Source of the DNA: Bacteroidia bacterium
GTDB taxonomy: Bacteria; Bacteroidota; Bacteroidia; M30B66
DNA: 64,000 nucleotides
Reading direction: 5' to 3'
Assembly: GCA_965279035.1 (NCBI GenBank)
Contig: OZ257142.1
Coordinates: 1,824,001-1,888,000 of the forward strand
In this document: one piece after another, positions 1 through 8,295 of the stretch
How the letters are laid out: the number at the start of each line of letters is the position of its first letter
Position numbering within the stretch: the first letter of the stretch is position 1
Translations under genes and position numbers: made by a program
Notes under the pieces: generated by a model
Databases searched by the model: none
What the model was told of the DNA's origin: nothing
What the model saw: the letters and a program-made list of their open reading frames with translations, nothing else

Positions 1-359
1 TAATGCATGTTTAAATGTTGATTGAAAGGTAAAGAACTTTTCTAACGACCATGTTTTTTTATGGGCTATTTTTCAATAATTCTTACGTGGTTAAATTTTA
101 GTTTCACGATTTTTCGATTGATATAGCTCATTTTAGAAGGTATTTTTATTACGAATGAGCTTGCGGTTCATAGTATTTATTTGAATAAGCGGGAGCTGTT
201 TAAATAGATCTTAAAGCACCTTGTCTTAATAGTAATATAAATTGAATTTGTGTGACGTATTTAAATTTCAATTACTTTTGAAAAATAACTTTATTGAATT
301 TAGAGATGAATTAATTTTTTAATCCATGAATTTTAAAATCATTTCATTATGACATTAGG

Positions 360-1478
360 ATGGGACAAATAATAGATTTCTTCCTCAATTTATTTGGAGC
401 TGAGAGTTGGCCAGCTCGATGGTCATGTGGTAATTGGACAGGTTTTCATGGATGGTTATATATCATTTCAAGTTTTTTAATTGCATCAGCCTATTTGCTT
501 ATTCCGTTCATTTTATACAAATACATCAAACTGAAAGCAGGTATTCCATTTCTGCGAGTTATTTGGTTATTTATATTTTTTATTCTTTCATGCAGTGCTA
601 CTCATCTGTTCGATGGAATTATTTTTTGGATTCCCGTCTATCGTATAAATGCTCTCATTCTTTTTATAACAGCACTTTTTTCTTGGGCAACTGTTTTTGC
701 ACTAATAAGAGCTTTGCCTCAGGTTATTCTTCTAAAAACACCTAGACAATCGGAAGCGATTATTGAAGAGAGAACGTTTGAACTCAATAAATCAAATCAA
801 TTGTTGCTCAAAAAAAACCAAGAATTGGATAATTATGTTTATGCAGCTTCGCACGATTTAAAATCACCTATAAATAATTTGGAAGGATTAGTTGGAATTT
901 TATTGGATGATATTGAAGAAGGAAAAATACCTGACAAACGAATTGTTGAAAAAATACAACATTCCGTATTTCGTGTTCAGAATACAATTATGAATTTAAC
1001 AGAGGTAATACGCTTAGAAAAGAACCCATATGATGATTTGGTAGAAATTTCTTTTCAGGATATTCTCGATGAAATTCTTTTAGAAAACGAAGAACTTATT
1101 CAAAGATTCCAAACGATTATACATGTAAACTTTGAAGAAATTGAATTTGTTTATTCGAGAAATGGATTTAAAAGTATTTTGTATAATTTAATTTCAAACG
1201 CAATTAAATACTCATCACCTGAACGTCGCTCAGAAGTTTGGATACGAACATATAGCGAACAGTCAAAATTGGTGCTCGAGGTTGAAGATAATGGTCTTGG
1301 GATCGACTTGAATCGACATCAAAATAAACTATTCAAAATGTTTAAGCGTTTGCACGATCATATAGAAGGAACTGGTATTGGTTTATATAGTATAAAGCAA
1401 CTGGTTGAACGTAAAGGTGGTAGCATTGAAATAGAGAGCACCATAAACGTAGGTTCTACTTTTCGGGTTCGATATTAA
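360..1478 (+). CDS. Sensor histidine kinase with N-terminal ETR1-type (ethylene-receptor-like) 3-TM domain
   Basis: N-term IASAYLLIP...FILSCSATHL aligns with ETR1 IAIAYFSIP...FIVLCGATHL; H-box SHDLKSP, N-box NLISNAIKY, DNGLG and GTGIGL boxes. Confidence 0.9.
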   Translation: MGQIIDFFLNLFGAESWPARWSCGNWTGFHGWLYIISSFLIASAYLLIPFILYKYIKLKAGIPFLRVIWLFIFFILSCSATHLFDGIIFWIPVYRINALILFITALFSWATVFALIRALPQVILLKTPRQSEAIIEERTFELNKSNQLLLKKNQELDNYVYAASHDLKSPINNLEGLVGILLDDIEEGKIPDKRIVEKIQHSVFRVQNTIMNLTEVIRLEKNPYDDLVEISFQDILDEILLENEELIQRFQTIIHVNFEEIEFVYSRNGFKSILYNLISNAIKYSSPERRSEVWIRTYSEQSKLVLEVEDNGLGIDLNRHQNKLFKMFKRLHDHIEGTGIGLYSIKQLVERKGGSIEIESTINVGSTFRVRY

Positions 1479-1542
1479 AATTGATTATTCCAATTTTTTC
1501 AGAGGTTTTTTTGATTTACTTGCATACACCCAATCCTAAATC

Positions 1543-1956
1543 ATGAACTCACCTTATTCTTGTGTTCTCATTGTTGATGACGATGAAACCAGTATTTTCC
1601 TAAGCGAAATCATTCTTGAACGAAATCGATTTGCAAGTGAAATCCATTCTTCAGCTAATGGTGAACAAGCTATTCAATTTCTATTGGATCATTGCTCAGA
1701 GATCGCTTCAAGTATCACAGGTTGCCCTGAAGTTATTTTGCTCGATATTAATATGCCAGTAATGGATGGCTTCGAATTCCTTGAAGTATTTACTACGAAT
1801 GCAGCTATTTCAAATTCATCGAAAGTTGTTATTTTGACCTCATCTAATAATCCTCGGGATATTGAAATGGCTCACAAATTTGGAATTAATACATTTATAA
1901 ATAAGCCTCTAACTGATGATAAAATCCTTCAAATACGCGATATGCTTCAAAATTAA
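1543..1956 (+). CDS. Single-domain response regulator (receiver)
   Basis: LIVDDD, LLDINMP.MDG, ILTSS and KP motifs; directly after the kinase. Confidence 0.95.
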   Translation: MNSPYSCVLIVDDDETSIFLSEIILERNRFASEIHSSANGEQAIQFLLDHCSEIASSITGCPEVILLDINMPVMDGFEFLEVFTTNAAISNSSKVVILTSSNNPRDIEMAHKFGINTFINKPLTDDKILQIRDMLQN

Positions 1957-1999
1957 AATTTGATTATTTAGAATAAATCATTTTACTACCTTCACCAAC

Positions 2000-2281
2000 A
2001 TGAAAAGAATTCTGCCACTTATTATTCTCATTGCAGGTTTTAGTTCTTGCAAGAAATGCTACGATTGTACTAAAAAATGTGGGTCTTGCCACAATGGAGC
2101 TATTACAGTTGCCGGTTGTACTGGTGATGATAACTTGAATGGAGCTTCAGTAGATTCTTGGAAAATTTACCTTGAAACTCAAGGATACACTTGTGCCTAT
2201 GACAATGTTACTGAAGAAGCATGTGGCAAGGATGACAAAACAAATAAAGAAAAGTCCTATTACGAATGCGTTGCTCAATAA
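2000..2281 (+). CDS. Small Cys-rich lipoprotein (paralog 1)
   Basis: Signal peptide with lipobox FSSC; 8 further Cys. Confidence 0.8.
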   Translation: MKRILPLIILIAGFSSCKKCYDCTKKCGSCHNGAITVAGCTGDDNLNGASVDSWKIYLETQGYTCAYDNVTEEACGKDDKTNKEKSYYECVAQ

Positions 2282-2317
2282 TGAAACCGAGCATCGTTAA
2301 CGAAAAAATTAACTAGT

Positions 2318-2608
2318 TTGATTTACTTCAGAAGCCTCATAGGAATTCTCCTTTTGTTATGTTCAATAAGTTCATGCAAGAAGTGTTTTAATTGCTCAGA
2401 TCATTGCGTTCGATGTTTAAAAACGCCCTATAAATACGAAGCCTGTGGCGGAGAAGATTTTTTAAATAAAATGTCTGTTTCCGAATGGAAGGAGTATAAA
2501 ATGAGCATAGGATATACCTGCATTGATATATATAAGAATGATGAAGTGTGTGGTGTAGATGCGAAAAATGAGAAGGAAACACAGTATTATCTCTGTGAAC
2601 CGAAATAA
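2318..2608 (+). CDS. Small Cys-rich lipoprotein (paralog 2)
   Basis: Lipobox ISSC; Cys spacing identical to paralog 1; TTG start. Confidence 0.75.
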   Translation: MIYFRSLIGILLLLCSISSCKKCFNCSDHCVRCLKTPYKYEACGGEDFLNKMSVSEWKEYKMSIGYTCIDIYKNDEVCGVDAKNEKETQYYLCEPK

Positions 2609-2665
2609 AATTTTCTTTTGATGTAATACTTTTCAGGAGCTGAATACTAATAAATAAAGTAAGCG

Positions 2666-2872
2666 ATGAAAAGGCATAAAATCCTAAGTGGGGTTCTTGC
2701 ATTTAGTTTTCCATGTTTATTAAATGCAACAGTTGTATTGCCATTAAATAAAGGCATGGATTCTCATCCCCTGAAAAAGTGTTCGACTAAATCATTATAC
2801 GTTAAACAACAGGACTCTCCTATTGGAGTTGATAGTTTAAAGAAATATGAGATAATTGTGAATCACAAATAA
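2666..2872 (+). CDS. Small hypothetical protein, possible signal peptide
   Basis: 68-aa ORF filling the gap before the sigma factor; no motif. Confidence 0.35.
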   Translation: MKRHKILSGVLAFSFPCLLNATVVLPLNKGMDSHPLKKCSTKSLYVKQQDSPIGVDSLKKYEIIVNHK

Positions 2873-2883
2873 AGAGCAGTAGT

Positions 2884-3369
2884 TTGGATTCTAAGCTTCA
2901 GGAAGAATTTTTAAACCTCATTAATCAACATCGAGGAATACTACATAAAGTGGTAAATCTCTATATTGATGATAGTATTGAAAGAGAAGATTTAATTCAA
3001 GAAATTCTTTTTCAAGCATATCGAGGATTTGATCGATTTCGTGGAGAGTCTTTATTTTCAACCTGGCTTTATCGCGTTAGTCTCAATACTGTATTTTCAT
3101 ATCGCAAGAAAAATCAACGAAGAATGGAAGCGGAATCGAATGCAATCCCAGAAGTCGTAGTTGATTTACCTTCGGATGCTTCGGAAGAACTTTATTATCA
3201 TATTCGTCAACTCGACCCAATAAAACGAATGATCATTTCTTTGCATCTCGATGGATTTGGAAACAATGATATTGCTTCAATTACTGGTATGAATGCAAAT
3301 GCCATCGGGGTGAAATTATTTCGTATTCGTGAGGAATTAACACAAAAATTAAATGCCCGTCATGACTGA
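2884..3369 (+). CDS. ECF RNA polymerase sigma factor
   Basis: Region 2 EDLIQE...FRGES.FSTWLYRV; region 4 HTH ending VKLFRIR. Confidence 0.92.
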   Translation: MDSKLQEEFLNLINQHRGILHKVVNLYIDDSIEREDLIQEILFQAYRGFDRFRGESLFSTWLYRVSLNTVFSYRKKNQRRMEAESNAIPEVVVDLPSDASEELYYHIRQLDPIKRMIISLHLDGFGNNDIASITGMNANAIGVKLFRIREELTQKLNARHD

Positions 3370-3973
3370 TCTTCAAGAACTTTGGGATAAGAGAAATAAT
3401 AAAGAAATCAGCTCGCCCGTTTTGGAAGAGAAAGATATTGCTCAACTAAAAGAAAGCATTAAATCTCCTATTCAAATCTTAAAAAGAAATTTCATCATTA
3501 ATACAGCCTTTGCTCTTTTAATTCTCCTGGGATTTATTTATTTATTCTTTACTGTTGATTGGTTCTTGTTTCGACTATTTACTGCAATCCTTTGTATTTC
3601 TTATGTAGCTGCGATTGTTTTTAATGTGATTATCTATAAACGGTATCTTCAGGTACAATCTCCTGATCAACCAATAATTACTTATTTAACATTCCTTGTT
3701 GAAGGAATGAGAAAATCGTTTAAAGCAGCCGAAATAATTGCTTTAGCTATTTATCCAATTGCTATGACCGCTGGTTTTTTATTACCATTAAGTTTAGAAA
3801 ACAAATTATCACTTCTATACAACGAACCAATTGTCCAGGGAATTTTAATAGCTTGTTATGTACTATTAACTCCACTATGCTGGTATTTAGCTAGATGGAT
3901 GAATAAAGTTGCTTTCGGAAATTATGTTGATCAATTGGATGAATTGCTATTCGATTTAAAGAAAATTGATTGA
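3353..3973 (+). CDS. 4-TM membrane protein, putative anti-sigma partner
   Basis: Overlaps the sigma stop; N-term DLQELW; four hydrophobic segments. Confidence 0.7.
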   Translation: MPVMTDLQELWDKRNNKEISSPVLEEKDIAQLKESIKSPIQILKRNFIINTAFALLILLGFIYLFFTVDWFLFRLFTAILCISYVAAIVFNVIIYKRYLQVQSPDQPIITYLTFLVEGMRKSFKAAEIIALAIYPIAMTAGFLLPLSLENKLSLLYNEPIVQGILIACYVLLTPLCWYLARWMNKVAFGNYVDQLDELLFDLKKID

Positions 3974-3975
3974 AC

Positions 3976-4449
3976 TCAGTTGAATTTTCTAATTGGACGT
4001 TTTTGTTCTACATTAAAAAGTCCTACAAATACCGAATAACCCATTAAAGCACCAAACCCAATTTGCTTCATTACTCCAAGCAAATCCGTTGTTTGCCATT
4101 CTTGTAGCACTTTACCATCCTTCACTTTGCGCATAAAAATTCCATGAATTTCGAGCTTCTTTTTATTTGCTGGAGCGCCCATAAATTTACCAGTATTTAT
4201 TGCTGTCGAAATAAATCGTATCGAAGCCATATCACCATCCACAACAATGGATGGAAAGACCATTTTTAAATCCGAAAATGCCGCTTTCATATCTTGCATA
4301 AATCCAATATACTCATCTTTGGTAAATACAAAACCATCGCCTGTATAAGTGAATTTATCATCTAACAAAGCATCTAAATCATTCCAGCGTGCTTCTAAAA
4401 TTGCTAGCGACACAGCTAATGCTGTTTTTTTAACTTCTTCCTTTTCCAT
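3976..4449 (-). CDS. SnoaL-like ester cyclase (NTF2 fold)
   Basis: AFSDL...TGKFMGAPANKK...GKV..EW pattern; start moved to the ATG at 4449. Confidence 0.85.
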   Translation of the reverse strand: MEKEEVKKTALAVSLAILEARWNDLDALLDDKFTYTGDGFVFTKDEYIGFMQDMKAAFSDLKMVFPSIVVDGDMASIRFISTAINTGKFMGAPANKKKLEIHGIFMRKVKDGKVLQEWQTTDLLGVMKQIGFGALMGYSVFVGLFNVEQKRPIRKFN

Positions 4450-4496
4450 GATTTTTTTTCTGTAAAGCAACACCGCTTCTTTGCACAGCACAATAC

Positions 4497-4553
4497 ACTA
4501 CCCAAAAAGAAAGTACTATCTGTTGGGGTAGTATAAGCGATAAAGTACATTTG
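4497..4553. promoter_or_regulatory. Two tandem 18-bp operator-like boxes plus a Bacteroidota promoter for the HxlR-family gene
   Basis: ACTAcC-N6-GaaAGT 4497-4514 and ACTAtC-N6-GgtAGT 4515-4532; GTTG 4522-4525, 20 nt, TAcaTTTG 4546-4553. Confidence 0.6.
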
Positions 4554-4557
4554 ATCC

Positions 4558-4896
4558 ATGGAATCAAAAATTAAACGCTACAATCTCGACGGGACCTTCT
4601 TTTATTGTCCAGTTGATCTCACTTTATCTGTCATTGGCGGTCGTTGGAAAGGACTCGTTTTCTGGAACCTACGTGATGGTACTCGACGATATGGAGAATT
4701 GAAAAAAATACTAGTCGGTATCAATGATAAGATGCTCTCACAAGTACTTAAAGAATTGGAAAAATCAGGAGTTGTAAACCGCAAAGTATTTGACGTAATG
4801 CCACCAAAAGTCGAATATTCCCTATCAGAAGAAGGAAAGAAATTGCTCCCCGTTATGAAATTAATGTCAGAATGGGGAGGGAAATTCGAGATTTAA
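4558..4896 (+). CDS. HxlR/DUF24-family winged-helix regulator
   Basis: CPV..TL.VIGGRWK, RYGELK, PPKVEYSL; divergent from the cyclase. Confidence 0.93.
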   Translation: MESKIKRYNLDGTFFYCPVDLTLSVIGGRWKGLVFWNLRDGTRRYGELKKILVGINDKMLSQVLKELEKSGVVNRKVFDVMPPKVEYSLSEEGKKLLPVMKLMSEWGGKFEI

Positions 4897-4928
4897 TTCG
4901 AATGCTGATTCAATTACTCAATCCAAAT

Positions 4929-6224
4929 TTAAGCCTTATAAAGACCCAGTCGCATCTTCACTTTTCGAATAGCAGCTCCTGCTAAATACGTCATGGTCAT
5001 TTCTTGTCCGCGACTCTTTTGCTGATCAATTCGAAAAATATTATAGAAGTTGGTGTAGTTTCCTCCTCTTGGTTTTTGAATACGACCATTGATTTGAGTT
5101 GTATCTAATCCATAAGGAAATTTCATACAAAATAAAAGCGATTCGGAAGATAGTGAAACATCGCATTTATCATAAGGAATAGGCGTTTCCTTTAATTTGT
5201 CATTTAAAGAAAGTAGATAGGTTTTATTGTAGTCGTGCAGGTGTATATGTGCAGGTTTAAGCAAACTTTTTACAATGAAGTTATTGGTCTTATTTAAATT
5301 GTTGATGAAGACATCTGCTTGCTTTTGTAGTTCAACTAAATCAACGGGTACGTTTTTAATTAATTTATCCTGATTTAAATCGATGTTTTTTAAATCGTTC
5401 ATATATTTTTGAATAGAATCGGTCGAATCCCATTTCTCAGGATACGTATATTCTTCACCATTATACAATACAACTGCTTGAGCTTTTGTATTATTTTTTA
5501 TGTATTGATATGTTTTCTCTGCCGTATTGATGCTGTCGTTTAAATAATAATTTTCTTCGTGGCAGAAGTAAACATAACTAGCAATTGGTATGATAGCTTT
5601 GGGTTCGAAAACGTCACATTGAAACTTGAGTGCTTCTAATTTATCATCAGCAATTTTCTGTCTAACTTCTTTTTCATCTTTGTTACCGGCCCAATAGGCA
5701 TAAGAAAACTGAGTTAATAGTACATCTACTTTTCCAACTATATTCTTAATGTAATTGGCTGGACCAATATTTCGAACTCCACAATCATTCGTATTTAAAA
5801 ATGTGTATCCACCACCTTTATATACTATCCATGAATCACCTTCTCCATAATATTCGCACAGTACTTTAAAGTCTTTACCTAAGTCGTAGTATGTGCCTTT
5901 TTGCATTTCAATTACTTCCTTAAACCCAGCTTTCCTACAATAATTAGCCACTCGTCCATCAATTGTATGTTGGAATAATACAGTAATATTCTTCTTGTAT
6001 TCAGCAGGAATCAACTTTAAATTGGGAGGATAAAAATGATCTGGATGTTCATGTGAAAACCAGATATAATTTATTTTTTTAAAATCTTCATAACTGAAAC
6101 GGGATTTGCTAATTAAATCCCATCCATTATTAAAAACACGTCCTTCAAGCCAAGGATCTGCAATAATTTTCACTCCTTCATGTTCAACAATAAACGAGGA
6201 ATGATTTACGAATTGGATTTTCAT
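4929..6224 (-). CDS. MBL-fold metallo-hydrolase (UlaG/CMAH-like)
   Basis: NHSS, DPWL.G..F..GW, SHEHPDH, GDS, NTND motifs. Confidence 0.8.
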   Translation of the reverse strand: MKIQFVNHSSFIVEHEGVKIIADPWLEGRVFNNGWDLISKSRFSYEDFKKINYIWFSHEHPDHFYPPNLKLIPAEYKKNITVLFQHTIDGRVANYCRKAGFKEVIEMQKGTYYDLGKDFKVLCEYYGEGDSWIVYKGGGYTFLNTNDCGVRNIGPANYIKNIVGKVDVLLTQFSYAYWAGNKDEKEVRQKIADDKLEALKFQCDVFEPKAIIPIASYVYFCHEENYYLNDSINTAEKTYQYIKNNTKAQAVVLYNGEEYTYPEKWDSTDSIQKYMNDLKNIDLNQDKLIKNVPVDLVELQKQADVFINNLNKTNNFIVKSLLKPAHIHLHDYNKTYLLSLNDKLKETPIPYDKCDVSLSSESLLFCMKFPYGLDTTQINGRIQKPRGGNYTNFYNIFRIDQQKSRGQEMTMTYLAGAAIRKVKMRLGLYKA

Positions 6225-6912
6225 TTGAATTATATTTTTAGAGTTGAATCCTGAAACTTCTTAACTGATATTTTAATAGATACCAAAAAGTCATTCACCT
6301 GCAAAATATAACTCAAAAAGTAATTTGTCAATAGTTAAACTCAGATTAATATTTATTTTATATATTATTGTATATGTAACATAGTGAGGAAGATACAAAG
6401 ATATTAATTACATTAGTAAGTTTTATATACATATAAAAGACAATAAATGCATCTATGATATGTGTGAGTGGTGGTTGTGTATAGCATGTTCAATTGTGAA
6501 TTTTAAAACAATCTATTAAGTGACATCATGTTCGGCAAAGTGCATGTCAAAGAGATAATATAGCTTGTTAAATGGATTAATACTACCACAACATTGGGTT
6601 TTGGCGATCCATTTACCTTTGAAATTAATAATGAAATGAAGTTTAGCGTTGGTTTATTTCGAGATTATTTGAATAAACTGAATCTATTCCTATCTATTAA
6701 AAATCTAGGTTTTGAGCTGTTGTTTCAACTAAATTGAAATCCAATAATCCATCAATTTTAAATTCTTTTAAATTAGTTTAGATGAATTAAATTCATTTTA
6801 AAATTAGTATTGAATTAACAAAACTACTATTAAATTTATTTAAACAAATTTAACCATAATCTCAAGAGTACCTTATTAACAAAAATTATCCAATTAAAAT
6901 GTTTTCTATTTA

Positions 6913-7401
6913 TTAAATACTCGACAATTTATTCAGTTCTGTTATAAAATCTGTTTTTATATTCTTCTCGTTTAAATCTTCATAAATCTGAGAATATACT
7001 TCATAATTCACCTTATTTGAATCCATTTTAATTAGAAAAGAAATAAAGTGAACACGCTTCACATCTTTCTGAGTTCCATTTAATGATACTAAGAAATCGG
7101 CTTCATTGCATTGCGTTAATATTAATACTTCATTCGGATTTAGTTGAATTATATGTAAAAACAAAAATTTATCAATTCGCGTATTTTCTTGAATAGATAA
7201 AAGTTTCTTAAATAAATCTGGAAAAGAGGTTATATCTATTTTGCCGTAAATAGCTGTTAAATTGGCAGCAATTTTACTTGCATGTGCAGGATTTTTTCTG
7301 ACTTTACGAACGTGATTATCTGCATTGGCTTTTTGAATTAAATTCTTAATTCCAATAGCAATTAATGAGATGATTAATATTAAAAGAACGACTACTTTCA
7401 T
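6913..7401 (-). CDS. Hypothetical protein with N-terminal membrane anchor
   Basis: 162-aa ORF, last gene of a tightly packed operon. Confidence 0.6.
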   Translation of the reverse strand: MKVVVLLILIISLIAIGIKNLIQKANADNHVRKVRKNPAHASKIAANLTAIYGKIDITSFPDLFKKLLSIQENTRIDKFLFLHIIQLNPNEVLILTQCNEADFLVSLNGTQKDVKRVHFISFLIKMDSNKVNYEVYSQIYEDLNEKNIKTDFITELNKLSSI

Positions 7402-7407
7402 AACTAT

Positions 7408-7815
7408 TTATTTAGCTCTCATTTTATTATTCTTCGCTTCATGAGTTAATTCTATTAAACCCAATGCTTCCATTAATGGTGGAACATATACACCAAATCT
7501 TCCACGCAATCCTTTCTTCAATCCATACCATCCTCCAATCGGATTTTGTTCAGATCTTCCCCAGGCTTCAACAGTTCCTGCTTTAGCTTCTTTTTGTTCA
7601 TCCGCACCTCCTAAATCCATCCAATCGCCATGTTGTTTGAGCATTGCATGTAAATTGTTTAAGCAGCGAGCATCGTATAATAATGTTGTTTTTCCTACAA
7701 CACATACAATGACTTCCATACCATCTTTTTCATCGCGATACATTTGATATTCCGATGTATTGGGTGGAGTTTTTAATTGAAATTGATTTGATTTATTGCT
7801 TTCTTGAAAATTCAT
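7408..7815 (-). CDS. Conserved hypothetical protein (resembles DUF6855)
   Basis: LKTPP.TSEY, GTVEAWGRS..NP.GGWYGLKKG.RGRF; family name from memory. Confidence 0.65.
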   Translation of the reverse strand: MNFQESNKSNQFQLKTPPNTSEYQMYRDEKDGMEVIVCVVGKTTLLYDARCLNNLHAMLKQHGDWMDLGGADEQKEAKAGTVEAWGRSEQNPIGGWYGLKKGLRGRFGVYVPPLMEALGLIELTHEAKNNKMRAK

Positions 7816-7836
7816 TTTTCTTCGTTTGAGAATGGA

Positions 7837-8295
7837 TTAAAATTCGGGGTCAATTAAAAAAACTATGGCAAATATTATGGCAATATTAATTAGCAAACCA
7901 ATCAAAGTAATTCCGAAAACACGCCATCCAGAATAAAATTCTCCATTGGAGGAACTGTGTTTTTCAATATAATCTTCTTGATATCGTTTCGCTAAATAAC
8001 CTGCAAGTTGTGATATTAATAATGGGATTAGTATGCTTGGGAAATGTTTTATTTCACTTACTAAAAAACCAATACTAATTGTCAGCAATAAAACTCCTAT
8101 TCCAATGAACCAGGTTAAACTTGTTTTCCTTTCATCTCCCATTTCTTTGAAGTTCGCAGCTATCAAGTATGTTCCAACGATTGGTCCACCAAAAAATGTA
8201 GCATTCCGAATATGCATTATTCTGTAAATTGGAGATTCCGAATTCTTGAAATTATCTAAAATTAAATCAGATGAATTATTCTTTTGATTTTCCAT
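7837..8295 (-). CDS. Hypothetical 4-TM membrane protein
   Basis: ATFFGGP...Y.IA.NF motif; overlaps the SPFH gene end. Confidence 0.7.
   Translation of the reverse strand: MENQKNNSSDLILDNFKNSESPIYRIMHIRNATFFGGPIVGTYLIAANFKEMGDERKTSLTWFIGIGVLLLTISIGFLVSEIKHFPSILIPLLISQLAGYLAKRYQEDYIEKHSSSNGEFYSGWRVFGITLIGLLINIAIIFAIVFLIDPEF

Noticed and set aside
2078-2092. CxxCH heme-c motif (CGSCH) in lipoprotein 1
   Set aside because: The paralog has CVRCL at the same position, so the His is not conserved
6225-6912. AT-rich gap with an interrupted frame (~6510-6675, LLSDIMFGKVHVKEII*LVKWIN...)
   Set aside because: Could be a decayed gene, but no family is recognisable with confidence
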